Numbered from the stretch's first letter, positions 1-12,727 are shown. The stretch: 64,000 bases of DNA from Epiperipatus broadwayi (GCA_028023455.1 JAQFVV010000001.1:12586001-12650000), one strand, 5' to 3'. Program-made: numbers and translations. Notes: a model not told the origin generated them from the sequence alone.

Positions 1-64
1 CCGCTAACCGGGACAACTGCTTATAAAGCTGCTGCCTCTGACCTCTCTACCACCAATGCTTGAC
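1..64 (-). mobile_element. tRNA-derived short SINE, cut by the window edge
   Basis: Reverse complement (gtcaagcattggtggtagagaggtcagaggcagcagctttataagcagttgtcccggttagcgg) aligns by eye with the SINE copies at 3847 and 40601; A-box-like TGGTAGAGAGG. Confidence 0.6.
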
Positions 65-1482
65 CACCAATGCTTGACGGTAACTCGTTAATTAAATTGT
101 AGTAACTTAACTAAATTTACTGTATTGTATTGTTATCAATTCTCAATACATTTGAAATTATTACATTAAACAAAACTGTTATTTATAAACTATTTATTCT
201 TTCTTTGAAAAACAACTAGCATACCTCAAATTTTGGTTGAACAAATAATATAAAGAATTAACATATTTTAAAAACTTTTTAATATAAAAAATGGCAGTAC
301 AATTAATTACTTTTTAAAAAAGTTGTTTCGGCTTCAAAAATATATAGTATATATATTAATTAGGTGAAACTCTTTTTTGGAAAATTCTGTGCTATCACAA
401 ATTGATATTGCTTGTCAAATTTTATATATATCATAACGGGTATTGTATTTTACATTTATATATATATTCTGCAATCACAATATGTATATAGACAAAGTCA
501 GGTCAACATATCTTTTGGAAAGATTTAGGTAGCTAATTAGTATATATATGTATTGTGGCTATACTGCATAATGAAACATTTATTTTAGCCATGCGTGGTT
601 GTAATGTATTTTAATTATATGTAATTGAAAATAAATACATACAAAATGTATATAGAGAAAAATTATTAAAATTTCAAAGTTTAATTATATATATACAGAT
701 TTTAAGATACCAGTCAATAATAATGGATTAAAACTATTGACAGATGGAGTTTTGAGTTTGAATTGAAAATGAATAAAATATTGCTCTTCTTAAATTTGTG
801 ATTGTTCACTTATATATACATGTAATTCTTCATTATATACCAAACACTTTTTTTGCATTGTATATTAATAATGCTTATTCTCTCTCTCGCTTTTGATAGA
901 ATAGCATATGATATCAAATAAATTCTAATAACTTTTGGTATTTTTTTTTCATTGGAATATTGACTGATATTAAAAAATTTGCTTGCAACGAACGCACAAA
1001 CTGCTAAATATGCCTAAGATGTGACATATTTGAAACATTGTCTTTTAACCAGAACTGAATCACGACCTTTGGCTTAGAGACCAATGTGCAATTACAATAC
1101 CAATAGTTTAAAAAAAAACACTAATTATTATTAAATGATTAATTTATAATTGATAAAATTTTAGCATTTATTAGATAAAAATCATTCTCATCAGAAAGTG
1201 TTAAACTCACCATTATTATTCTTAGGTAAGACTAATATAAATTTAATGGTCCACTTTGTTAGCAACTTTTTAGAAAAAATGCATATTAGATTATATTTTG
1301 ATAGTAATATATATAATTTTTAAATAATTTAATTTTAAAATAATTTAAAAAACAGTTGTATATTTTTGCAATAAATATTATATTATTTGCCTTACATTTA
1401 TTAGATTTTGTAGCTTTTCACAAAAATGATTTATAATTAATCTATTTATTCAGTATAGTGAATGTTTTCTATAATAAATAGA

Positions 1483-1666
1483 GGGATTTGAAGTTAGGAT
1501 TTTCAGTCTATATTCATCCTCCATTCCATCTCAAACAACTGATACACATGACAACACATGTGAAAAAGATAACTGATACCCAATATATGTATTTTGTGCA
1601 GAACCAGCACTCATCAATTGAGCCAGATCACAATCTCCCACACACATATACAATTAGTATATAAGA
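1483..1666. mobile_element. Single-arm fragment of the palindromic MITE family also at 20887-21556 and 38042-38321
   Basis: ccatctcaaacaactgatacacatgac...cagcactcatcaattgagccagatcacaatctcccacacacatat matches the left arm of the 21-kb element at roughly 75-80% identity by eye. Confidence 0.75.
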
Positions 1667-2415
1667 CGAGCACTTATAAAAAGTGCTTATAGCAAAAAAT
1701 ATGAAGCATAATTATTACTTCCACTAGTACTAAACTTAAAAAAAAATTCCAATTGTTGTTAATTTTACCATTATTATTAATTTCAAGATTTATTTAAGAT
1801 TTAACTTCAAATAATATTAAAAGTAATATAAATTAAACTTATCTATAATATTAGAATTTTCTTAATACAGAGCCATAAAGTTGTGCTATCATCTTAAATT
1901 TCTTAAAAGTGATAGAAAAAAAATATAGTAATTATAGAACATTGTTCATTATAGAAAAAAGTAACTTAAAGGATTTTATTGAAGAGATTAATTACAATCA
2001 TAGATGAATACTTACCAGAAACTTTAGTTGTATTTTTTAAAAAATAAATATAAACATAGTTTTTGCTGCCAGATGAATGCAAAAGAAGCTTGTAAAAAAA
2101 TTCTAATTTTTTTCTTCTTTCATCAGTTTTGTCGAGACTTATGACTCAATTAATCAAAAAGATTTCTGGTTAACATTTTTATGATAGTTTTTTTTAAAAC
2201 AACGAATAAGTGATTTTAAGAATTAGGTATTAAGAATTGATAGAGGGTTATTGATGGAATTTTTAATCTGAGTTAAAATCAAAGGCAAAAATTTCAACTT
2301 TTAGATATCCAGAAATTGTTTATGAATATGATATTTTTCTAAATCAAATAATAATATTAAAGCATATTCTTAATGTTTATGAATGTATCTCTAAATGTGA
2401 AATGATAGAATAAAG

Positions 2416-2907
2416 CAGTGGTCTTCAACCCTTGGTCCGTGGCCCGGTGCCGGGCCGTGGAACTTTTCTGATGGTCCGCCAACTAGAGAAAGTTTATAAT
2501 AACAAAATAATAAGAGTTTAAATTTTTAATTAATATAACCAATTTTTATTTATTTTTTTCATCTCATTTTTACCCAATTAAAAAAAAACAGAACGAAAAC
2601 AAAATCTAATCAATCATCCATAAATTAATTTGTTTTTCTAGTTATCACAGATGTTTATGGGGGGGGGGGGGGTAGAATTAAATTTTTTATTACTTTTCTA
2701 AAAAAATTCAAAATTAAAAAAAAAAGTTTTTATTGTACAAACTCCATATATATAAAACTTTATCTTATATATTTAACATTGTTGTTTTGATCAGTTATAA
2801 CAATTATGCTCATATTTAAGAAAATTTATCTATAGACTTCTGCAGGTCTGCGAAACCTTATCCTTATTTTTACCGGTCCTCAGGTGTGAAAAGATTGAAG
2901 ACCACTG
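2416..2907. mobile_element. Non-autonomous hAT-family MITE
   Basis: TIRs CAGTGGTCTTCAA / TTGAAGACCACTG and a perfect 8-bp TSD GAATAAAG (2408-2415 and 2908-2915). CAG ends with an 8-bp TSD are typical of hAT. No transposase ORF. Confidence 0.92.
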
Positions 2908-3846
2908 GAATAAAGTGTATTGCAGGCAATGATGACAAATTCCTACTATTAATGATAAGGGTTAGATAACTCTGATCCAGCATTCAGTTAGAGAACTTAA
3001 CATACTTGTATAGGTATTAAAATGGTTTGAATATATATCATCAATTTAAAAGCATTTAAATAAATGTATGTACAATAGGTTAATATATCTGATAAGCACA
3101 CATGGAGAGACTATAACAATTTTTTTAATCTATTACTGACTTATTGAACAATGTTAATATATATATATATATAGCACTGATATTTTATACTACTGACTAT
3201 GTGTGAATTAGACATGGTAACAGAAAAACATATTTTAATAATTCAATATGTCATTGAAAGTTGTTTTTAAACAATCCACATCCCTATTATTTGCAATGCT
3301 GTAATATATTTTAGACTAAATTCCAATTTCAGCATGAAATAGTTTTTTAATCAATAAAATGCTCAATGAAGTTTAGACTTTGCTAGAAAGGTTCTTGGTT
3401 TGATTCTCAATGAAGTAAAGTAAAAACAAAAATTGGTTTGTTTCAAGTGAATAAATTATGTCCCACCCTGACATTTATATGCAACTGATGAATTAAATAA
3501 GATCCATTTATAATATTTATTTTTTCTCTGAAAAATCCTTCAATATTTTTAAGACTAAAATTCAAAGAATTTATTAGAGTTGAAAATTAGACTATTTTCA
3601 TAGGCATATATCATCAGCTTACATTATTATAATGTTCTCATGGACATTTTAGCACAGTGATCGAATTATGGCGTCAGAAACTATCGATTTCTGAATCAAA
3701 GCTCAACCTGTTTCTTTTAATGTTCAAAGATCACATGCCCTCCTAAGCAACTAATAATTTGATTTTTTTTTTTTTAAATTAGAACGTCCAACTATTATTG
3801 TATAGTTGAATTTTGTGATTTTTTTAAGGACAAAAGATTAATTTAC

Positions 3847-3958
3847 CGTCTTGCATTTGCATTGGTGGTCGAGAGGTCAGCGCGACTGCCTTGCACTTGC
3901 AGGCAGTTGCCCGGGTTGCGGGTTCGCGTCCGGCTGATGCTATGACACTTAAAAAAAA
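3847..3958 (+). mobile_element. tRNA-derived short SINE with poly(A) tail
   Basis: A box TGGTCGAGAGG (3866-3876), B box GGTTCGCGTCC (3921-3931), A-tail, and 15-bp TSD AAAAGATTAATTTAC (3832-3846 and 3959-3973). Confidence 0.85.
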
Positions 3959-5689
3959 AAAAGATTAATTTACTGGTGTTAATTAACATAATTCCACTTT
4001 AATTTATTTTTTTTACATTTAAAAGTACAATATTTCAAAATCAATACTGACTTATAGAAATAAAAAATATAGATAATTTATTTTTAAATATTACCGGATG
4101 AAAAAAGGTAAATAAAATTGTCTTTTGTTTTTAAGTTTTTTACCAATTATAAAATCTCACGTTATATTTTTTTGCAGTGCATTAGCAAAATTGTTAAATC
4201 TACCTATTAACGACTATTTGATTCAAATCTCAATTTCGAAACTGACTTCTTTATTTACATTTATTTTAAAATTCTAATTGGAAAAAAAAAAAAAAAAGAT
4301 AAGAACAACTTTTTTTTAAATTAAACGTATTGAAGAAATTCATATAAATATACATAATTATTCACGTTATGTACATAGAAATATTTTACGAGATTTTCTT
4401 AAAAAAAAATAATAATAAAATTTTATTAAATTAATTCAAATAACTGGTTTTCTTTAAAAAAAATAATATTTTTTTTTTTATGAAGTTATATCAAATAGCT
4501 AACTCTTTTTACTCCTTAAAAGTTTAAGTTTAATGAAGTATATATTTTCTGTTTTAATTTAAAATCAATTATTTATTTACTTTTTTTTACATTAAGAGTA
4601 AATAAAAGCTATTAAAGAATACAATTATTAAAAGAGCTTTTGCCCCGAAGTTGATTTTTTTATTTTTTTAATATCAAGTTTACATTGGGATTACTTTCTC
4701 AATAATGAATTCCAAAATGTAAACAACATTTTGAAAAACATTAACATTCATGAAAAGCGCGTTGCCCCGTGGCATAGGCTTTGTGGCTTTTTTTAAATTC
4801 AAACTTTTTTCTTTTTTTTTTAAAAAAAAAAAAAATTGTAAAAGACAGTTTCACAGTACAGTGATTGAAAGGTTTACTGCAAATGCTTTTCAAGTTTATA
4901 GACATCTCTGACCCGGAGCTATGCCCTTTCATTGAGTTAACCGTGAATGGAAAGACATCTTTCGGCTGAAAAAGATACAGCTTAAATACACCTGTAAAAC
5001 AAATTGAATTCAGTAGTCCGGATTATTTTTTTATACATATAAAAATCAACAATATTGTTCAAAATCTAAAAAATAAAAATTGGTGGAGCTCATATTTATG
5101 GATAGAATGTTATATTGTTCATCTGAGTAAAATGAATAAAAAATATTAAACGGGTTATTATTTTAAAAATTATTTTAAAGATTTAATCAATAACAAACTT
5201 ATAATATACACACCACTTTCAAAGCCTTCATTACACATATGTCGAGATATAATGATTCAATTATTAAATAATTATCATTAAATAAATAGAAGTTGTTTGC
5301 ACATATACAGTATTGTCATTGGAAATTCCTCAAAATCGACCTTTATATGAGCAATTATATGAGCAGTATTTTGTCGTTCATGAAAGTACGATTGATTCTT
5401 CCCGCATACTTTGAAAAGCTTTTTATAATTAACTCAACTGGGATCAACTGTCACCAACAACATCCTATATTTCTGCTGTCCACTATAGATATTACTGATA
5501 TAATCATTAAGAAAAATAAACAAAACATATAGTAGTAGAAAGATAATAAAATGATACAGACTCTTATGGTGAAGAATTGTAGGAACAAGTCGGAGAAGCT
5601 CTGTTAGTATAAATTTTAGTATAATAAAATTAAATAACTTTTTGTTTTTTACTTGGATGATCCAAATGACATAAAGGGCCTCCTAGTAC

Positions 5690-6720
5690 ATAGAAAACAA
5701 ATCAATCTGTTATGCCTATGATCTGGAATTTGATATAAAGAACTTTGTGGTGTAAAGATAGAGTATTGGCTTTCTATGGTTATGACCTGGGATTTTAATC
5801 TGGAACAAGTAATTTTTTTTCATAATCTTGGGATTTTTCTTTCAGGTAGCTGGTCCATGGCCAAACCAGCTAACTATCTAAATTTGGTTAGTAGATGTGT
5901 TAGTAAGAAGTTGAAACAAGATTGGAAAACTACTCAAATCCTCACCACTTAGTGTAAATTGTATTCTTTATTGTTTCTCTATGAGGCTCTTGAAGAGACT
6001 TTCACACCACAGCAGACTTTATTGAAAAAGTGGTTTTCCTTTTTTTTTTTGGTCAACTGAAAATTGACCCTGAGATCTTTTTAGCTCTCAGTTTACCACT
6101 CTTCTAATCATACATTTAACTAATAGTTGAAAAGATTTAGTGAATTAAATGTGAAGGTATTTAAGGATCATACTCTTAGTTCAAAATGCTTGAGTCTGGC
6201 TTATTTATATATAAATTGAGGCATAGATGAAGATGGGGCCATCTTTTTCTTATAGTTCTGACTTGTGTTTGAGAATTGAGAGGTCCATGTGATGTCATTA
6301 TTCCATCTTATTGGCTGTCATGTAAGTATGGGTAAGGCGCATCTGTTGAAGGTTTTAGCTTTCACATTATTACAATATTATTTGTTTACGCTTAATAAAA
6401 TTTGATATATTTGTATTTAATAAGGTAACTCTAATTGACCAACCATTCTCACTAATTATTAGCCCCTAGTATAATACATACATAATTAAAAATGATAATC
6501 TCAAAAATGAAAAAATGGTAGTAAAATTCATTGAGCATTATTACCACACTTTTTATAAGTAGTATAATCTTAGTCTTAGTCATAACCAAGACTTCTCACC
6601 AAAGTTCTGCATGGTTTAGCATAATGATGAAGCAAAAGACTTAAAAGTTCATCTTTGCTACTTCCAGTGCTTGAATGTCATATGACATTTTAAGTTAAGA
6701 AGACAAACTATCCCATCTAA
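5690..6720 (-). mobile_element. Decayed RTE-like LINE remnant (RT C-terminal part)
   Basis: Minus strand around 6360-6200 reads KAKTFNRCALPILT, resembling the RTE motif KVFNQCVLPVMTYG. Around 6690-6570 there is a degenerate DDI...S.DEL..ML...GE...TKTK segment. Many stops and frameshifts; boundaries approximate. Confidence 0.5.
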
Positions 6721-6896
6721 CATAAAAAAAATAGGACAGTTTAAGCAAATAGTCAATCAACATAAAATTTGTTTGTAAACTGAACTTTGAAATAAGCTGC
6801 AGAAGTGAATAATTGATTTGTTTATATATAACTTACTTCTGCTCCTTGTTACATGTATATATCTAATACTTTTTCTAAATTTGATTATATGTAATA

Positions 6897-8464
6897 AATT
6901 TTGCATATATATGTTGATATGCTTTCCAAAGTGTACAATTTTTCTATCTGCAATATTTCTGGTTTCCATTTAATTAAATGCATTTTGGGTGTTGTGCACC
7001 ATATTAATAGCTATCTTTCTTAATTCTTTATACTGTTTATTGCCATTATTATTGATATGTAAATAATCTTATTTATATATTCCAGTAATTTGAGAGTTGG
7101 ATACTGTTTAATCTTTTATTTATTATGTTATTATTGTTTGCAATATATCAAGCCTCCTTTATCTTTCTCATTCTATCATTCTGCACCACACATACCAATT
7201 TGATATTCTGTAGTAGAAGTGACGTCATATTCTTGGCCTTTTTTACACAGGTCTTTTTGCTGTGCCATCCTTATACTGATAATTTGTTCAAGATTTCCTG
7301 TGTATCCTGGGAAATGTACTGTATTTTGTATACTATTTGTGAAAATTCTTATTATTCTGTTTTGTCTTTGGAATTGTTGATAAGTCAGTTGAGATTGGAT
7401 GGTGTTCTAAAGACTACATTGTATCCTTGATTGCATATATTCTTTATTTTTGTTGTTGTCTGGTATATAAGACATTGTTGTCCATGATTTGTTGTTATTT
7501 TGTCTTCTATGATTCTATTTTATTTGGCATTAAACTTTTTGATTACTCTGATAATTTTTTTTTTGGCTGCATATGATGTTAGTTAGGTCTTTTACATATT
7601 CTTTTGTATTGCATTTTCTATCCACATATTACAAAAACATTGATTTTAATTTAGAAAGCCTCTAAATTCTGCTATTTTGTATAGGATCAGAGGTTTTGAT
7701 CCTCATCAAAAATCTGGATCACATACAATCTAAAAAATGCAATTAGAAGAATACATAAAATACCTAACTAACATCAGATATAGCCAAAAACACTTAGCGC
7801 AAAAATAAAAAAGTTCAATGTCAAAATAAAATAGAAATCACAGAAGATAAGATAACAACAAACTATGGATCACAATGCATTATATTTCAGATATAACAAC
7901 AAAAATAAAGAATATATGTAAACAAAGGTACAACATAGGTTTTAGAATACCATACATCCGAAACAGTCTTATCAATAATTCCAAAAATAAAATAATATTT
8001 TCCCCAAATAGAGCAACAGACCAAATGCACAACAGTGTACTGCAGAGAATTCTGAACAAATTATCACCACAAGGATAACACAGTATAAATACCTATATAA
8101 AAAAGCAAAAGAAAATACTGCATATATGTTGGTGATTTTCAATCAAGAACAAGAACATGGACATTGTTTTGACTCATAAAATATCAAACTAGTATGCATG
8201 GAGTGGAATGATAGAAAGAAAAAGATAAAGGAGGATTGGTACATCACAAATAATAATAACATAATAAATAAAAGATCAACAGAATCCAACTATAAGAATG
8301 TTTACATATCAATAACAGTGGCTATAAAATAGCAAAAAGAATTAAGAAAGACAGTTATGGTGCACAGCACCAAAAATACATTAAGCTGAATGGAAAACTA
8401 GAAACATCACAGATAGAAAAATTACACATTTCAGAAAGCATATCAACATATATATGTAAAATTT
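6897..8464. repeat. Large imperfect fold-back palindrome (arms ~6897-7620 and ~7730-8464)
   Basis: Example: ttttctatctgcaatatttctggtttccatttaattaaatgcattttgggtgttgtgcacc (from ~6940) is the near reverse complement of ggtgcacagcaccaaaaatacattaagctgaatggaaaactagaaacatcacagatagaaaa (from ~8359). Colinear matches continue inward to a ~110-bp spacer. Confidence 0.88.
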
Positions 8465-9084
8465 ATGTATATATGCATATATTAGTAATTGGGATGGTAG
8501 CTATAAAAATGCTCTACACTGATTTGAAATCCTATAACTTCTAACGATATCTCAAAACATTGAAAAGTTTATTAATTAAAAAAAAAATCAGAGAAATGGT
8601 AAACAATTTCTGCAGTTGATTTCTAAAATAAAAAATTTATTTTGAAAGTAATTATTCAAACTTGGAATTATATATTTTAAAAAATCTATGTTTATTGCTA
8701 CTTGTATTTTGTGTGTGGCATATATATATATATCAAATTAAAGATTTCATTGGATTACATGTAAACATTGAAATAATAATAAAAAAATTTCGATGTATTA
8801 AACTAAATAAAATCTTCAGCTTTTAGCTTGATGTGAATCAGAAAATGCAATTGGTGATTAATACAAGCTTGACTATCTATTTTAATTGATGGTTGTCTAG
8901 GTATATGACACTTTAAAGTTTGTGTAATTTAATACATAGAAAAATGTATATTGCAATTTCAATGTTTATTTATATATATATATACACATAATATGGAGTA
9001 AACAGGCTCTAAAAGCGCTTAGCCAATATTAAGATTTAGAATTTAGTAATTCCATCTTTATGCGTTGAAGCCTATTAATTAATA

Positions 9085-9237
9085 ATTACACTAATAAACT
9101 TTAGAGGGTACCAATTAATATAATATTCTCTAGTATCAGTGTAGATTATTTTCATACCATAGGACATTATATTAATATAGCTAGAGCCCTCTAAAGTTGA
9201 TCAATTCAGTTATTACATATTATTAGTGCTACATAAT
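9085..9237. repeat. Small imperfect fold-back
   Basis: cactaataaactttagagggtac..attaatataat pairs with attatattaatat..gccctctaaagttg..tattagtg. Confidence 0.55.
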
Positions 9238-10029
9238 TTTATATTTGCATATTCATAATCAAATCTACTTATTTGAAACTAAAATATTAGCAAATAGTAA
9301 ATTTAAACAATTTACAATCAAAGGTTTTCTTGCCAAAGATGTGGAAACATGACAGAAAACAACACATATTTATATTCTAATAACTTCTCACAATCTAAAC
9401 CAATATTCACATCATCTTAATATTAATATGACTAAAATAAATAAAATGTATTAAATAAATCAAAAATTATTTTAATATAAAAATGATTGGAATGTTGGTT
9501 AAAATTGTGGGATGTTAGAGTATAACTACATGTCATCTTTACATATGAGAGGTCTACCTTGGTATATAAACTATTGGTAGAGATTTTTTTTTAAAATTTA
9601 TAGTTGACTAATTAGTACTTTAATTTTGAATAAATGTATTTGGTTTTATAACACTGAATAGTTTAGTTTTTGGCATTTATATTATATATATGATTACAAA
9701 AGGAATTTGCAATAGAATAAAAAGAATATTTTTGATTTATCTTTATGATTTTAAAAGAATCAAACAGAATAAATATATATTTTTATGTCCATTTCATACT
9801 TCTTAACACTTGTAAATATTTGCATAGTTAAAACATGGGATAAGCTTCTAGTCAATATGCAATAAATTTACTGGGTTTTATTTCTGAGTTAAAAACTTAA
9901 TAAATATCATGATATTTTTTTTTAAAATCCTTAATAGTTCATAAATGAGACAATATTTGGGTTTATTTGAAAAGCAAGATGAATGGGCACATGTGTAAAT
10001 GCATATATATATATATATGTATATATATA

Positions 10030-10333
10030 TTACAAAGAAATCAAGTCATATGTCACATGACCTAATTTAACAAACTTGTACTACAAATGTTATATATAGA
10101 GTTCGCAAATAAGCTCCTAACAAGCTTTGCAGAATATCCCCAATCCCAGACCTGTTTCTGCTACTGGATTCCTCAGTGAGGTGCTAGAATATTCAAGCAT
10201 TAGATTAAAAATATCAGGACAAGCCCAGCTCTGCAAAGCTTGTTAAGAGCTTATTTGTGAACACTATATATAACTTTTGTAATACAAGCTTATTAAATTA
10301 AGTCATATGACATATGACTTGACTTCTTTGTAA
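10030..10333. mobile_element. MITE with ~103-bp TIRs next to a (TA)n tract
   Basis: ttacaaagaaatcaagtcatatgtcac...caagctttgcaga (10030-10133) is the near-perfect reverse complement of tctgcaaagcttg...gacttctttgtaa (10230-10333). Confidence 0.88.
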
Positions 10334-10489
10334 TTTTATTTTGTGCTGTTAAGATCTTTGGTGATTTTGTATTACTAAAGTTATTAATATATGGTGTATC
10401 TGAACTTGTTTCAATCCCATATGATTATTTAAGTATGGATGTCTGAAAATTTCAGATTTTCTATTTAATAGTTATCCGTTAGATAAAGT

Positions 10490-10625
10490 GCTGGGCTTGT
10501 CCTGGTATTTTAAATCTAATGCTTGAATATTGTAGCACCTCACTGAGAAAGCCAGTTGCAGAAACCAGTCTGGGGATATTCTGCAAAGCTTGCTAAGTGC
10601 TTATTTGTGAGCTCTATATATAACA
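10490..10625. mobile_element. Inverted partial second copy of the 10030 MITE (core plus part of one TIR)
   Basis: gctgggcttgtcctggtattttaaatctaatgcttgaatat...gagctctatatataaca is the reverse complement of ~10068-10229. Confidence 0.85.
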
Positions 10626-10988
10626 TATATATATATTATAACAATCGAAATGAAAATGAAGATCGAATCTAACCGCAAAACGATATCTGCAACTACCAGG
10701 GCGCCATCTAGGCATTTGAGCCTAGAAAAATTTATAAAGTAGGCAGATACGCGCTGTTAAGATTCCACTTTATTTAAATATTCCGATCGTTAGCCCAAGT
10801 CACTAGCTCAGCGGAGACGCAGAGATAAAAATCTATATCTTAATTTATATCTTAAATATCAATAAATAAAAGCCACTGCCAGAAATTAACACATAAAAAT
10901 ATTTATTTACGCACATATAAAATAACATTTAAATTTTGAGGAATAAGTTTAACATTTTAGATTTTTATATTAACTTTTAATTTTATAT

Positions 10989-11393
10989 TTAACTAAGTTT
11001 CAATGAGTTTAATATTTTATTTAGATAGTCAAGTATGAATAGACTACATAGATCTGCATTTGAAAAGAAAATATTCTTCCCTGATTTAACCTTAGGCCAC
11101 AAATTTCGCAACCAAACTGGCGCCAATCCATCTGATACATTCATGTATTCAATGTAGCATGATACGACAACACAAAATACTATACTGTCAGGAAAGTACA
11201 TCTGAACAGTAAGTAGAATTAGAGAAGACATTGACTCACCACCAACAGGAATGTCACATCTGTTGGCAAGTAGAACAATAAACAAAAAACTCCATAGGAA
11301 TGGACTGCGGTCTTCTGCCGACTTACCAACCCATCCATAGGCAAATAGAAGGTGTGTGGGTATATATGCAATCCTGCCCAAAGCGGATCTCAT
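10989..11393 (-). other. Orphan hydrophobic ORF in a CpG-retaining island; coding status unproven
   Basis: Open frame from ATG at 11393 to the stop at 10989 (the ORF track extends it to a TTG at 11438). Contains consensus donors G|GTAAGT (11327/11326) and G|GTGAGT (11240/11239). No protein family recognised. Confidence 0.25.
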
Positions 11394-12727
11394 ACTACAT
11401 CTACTAATTACGCAAATATATCCAATCCATTGAGCCAATTCAACTACGAAACGAATAACTTAAGATTACCCTCCCTTAATATAACTTTACAAAACTATAT
11501 AGCCATTCACACCCGACTTAAATTTAACATTTAGATACATTCGCACAAATTAATTTTATAAAATTTGTTTTAAAATGTTGAGTATAGATCAGCTGCACAG
11601 ATTTCACGGTCAAAAACATCCCAAATTAAACACAACCGATCAAAATACAAAGTCATCGATAAGCGTCACTTGCATAGGGAATATACAAATCCCATTAGCA
11701 TTCATCGTAAGATGCTTGCAGTGATATCGTTGACATATATTCTAATCGAATGTGAAAACCACAACATTATCAACCGCTAATGAATCTATGCAACGTCTAT
11801 ACCCAACCTTAAATTTCATCATTTAAAATTTAAGCAACAAATAATTTATACAATAAGAGAAAAAAAAATGGAAATGATTTTTATCAATCGGAAAACATAT
11901 AAAATTAAACATTATTAATTTGATTTAAAAACTTACAAAAGTCAGATAAGAGTCCGTTTTTAACATTTAAGTTGGCTTGTTTATCAATTTATAAAACTTG
12001 ACGAAAGTTCTTAATTGATTTTAATAATTGTTCATTTCATATAGCTTATGGTAGAAGAGTCTAGGTTCCTGTTTTTAATTCCCGCGATGCCTCCATTGGA
12101 AGATAATGTTCTGGAGATGGCAATAGCTGGTTCAAGGTATCACAGTCTTTTCATTTTTATTTTTTTTAAATAGAGAGTGTGGCATGTGCGTCCTACCACA
12201 TCTCTCAAACACACAACGCTGGAACTGTCCGAAAAAACTGTATTTCCCTTTTTATATTAATCCACACGGATTGACTGAACAAAGATGTCACTAATCCAAA
12301 TTTTTGTTCAGGTCCGGGCTGAGGCTTGGTGCTTCCATTGGTCAAGCTAAAATCTCTTTATTCTCTTATCTAATTTACTCTCTGACTTTTTAATTAGACA
12401 GCTTTTGGATAATTAATAAACAATCATTTCCATTTACAGATTACAGGAATTAATTAATACCTGTTTTTATTTTTACTTACGTTATTTCTTTTTTAAACTA
12501 TTTTTATATTTAAATCTTTTTTTTATAAAAAAAATACATTCAAATACCTTTTTTTATTTATTAAAAAAAAATATTTTTAAAGTTTAGCATCTGTGCGAAT
12601 GTATATACGTGTAACAAACATTTTAATTTTAGCGTTTAGTTTTTTACTTTTATTTGCGAACTTTTAAGTTTTTATTTTAAATTAATGTAACGACATATTT
12701 ATATATCGTTACAATATATATATATAT

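Noticed and set aside
3847-3958. Functional tRNA genes (also 40601-40696, 34145, 59715)
   Set aside because: Cloverleaves are irregular or degenerate, and two copies have A-tails with 15-bp TSDs, indicating retroposed copies.
5190-5530. Second PLE endonuclease fragment / ORF 5293-5532
   Set aside because: Resemblance is limited to a few residues; not supportable.
7125-8078. ORFs 7125-7430 and 7875-8078
   Set aside because: Lie inside an AT-rich fold-back, are compositionally biased and show no recognisable motifs.
11117-11127. TGGCGCC as an LTR-retrotransposon primer-binding site
   Set aside because: Not directly preceded by an LTR ..CA end on either strand, with no paired LTR or gag/pol nearby.
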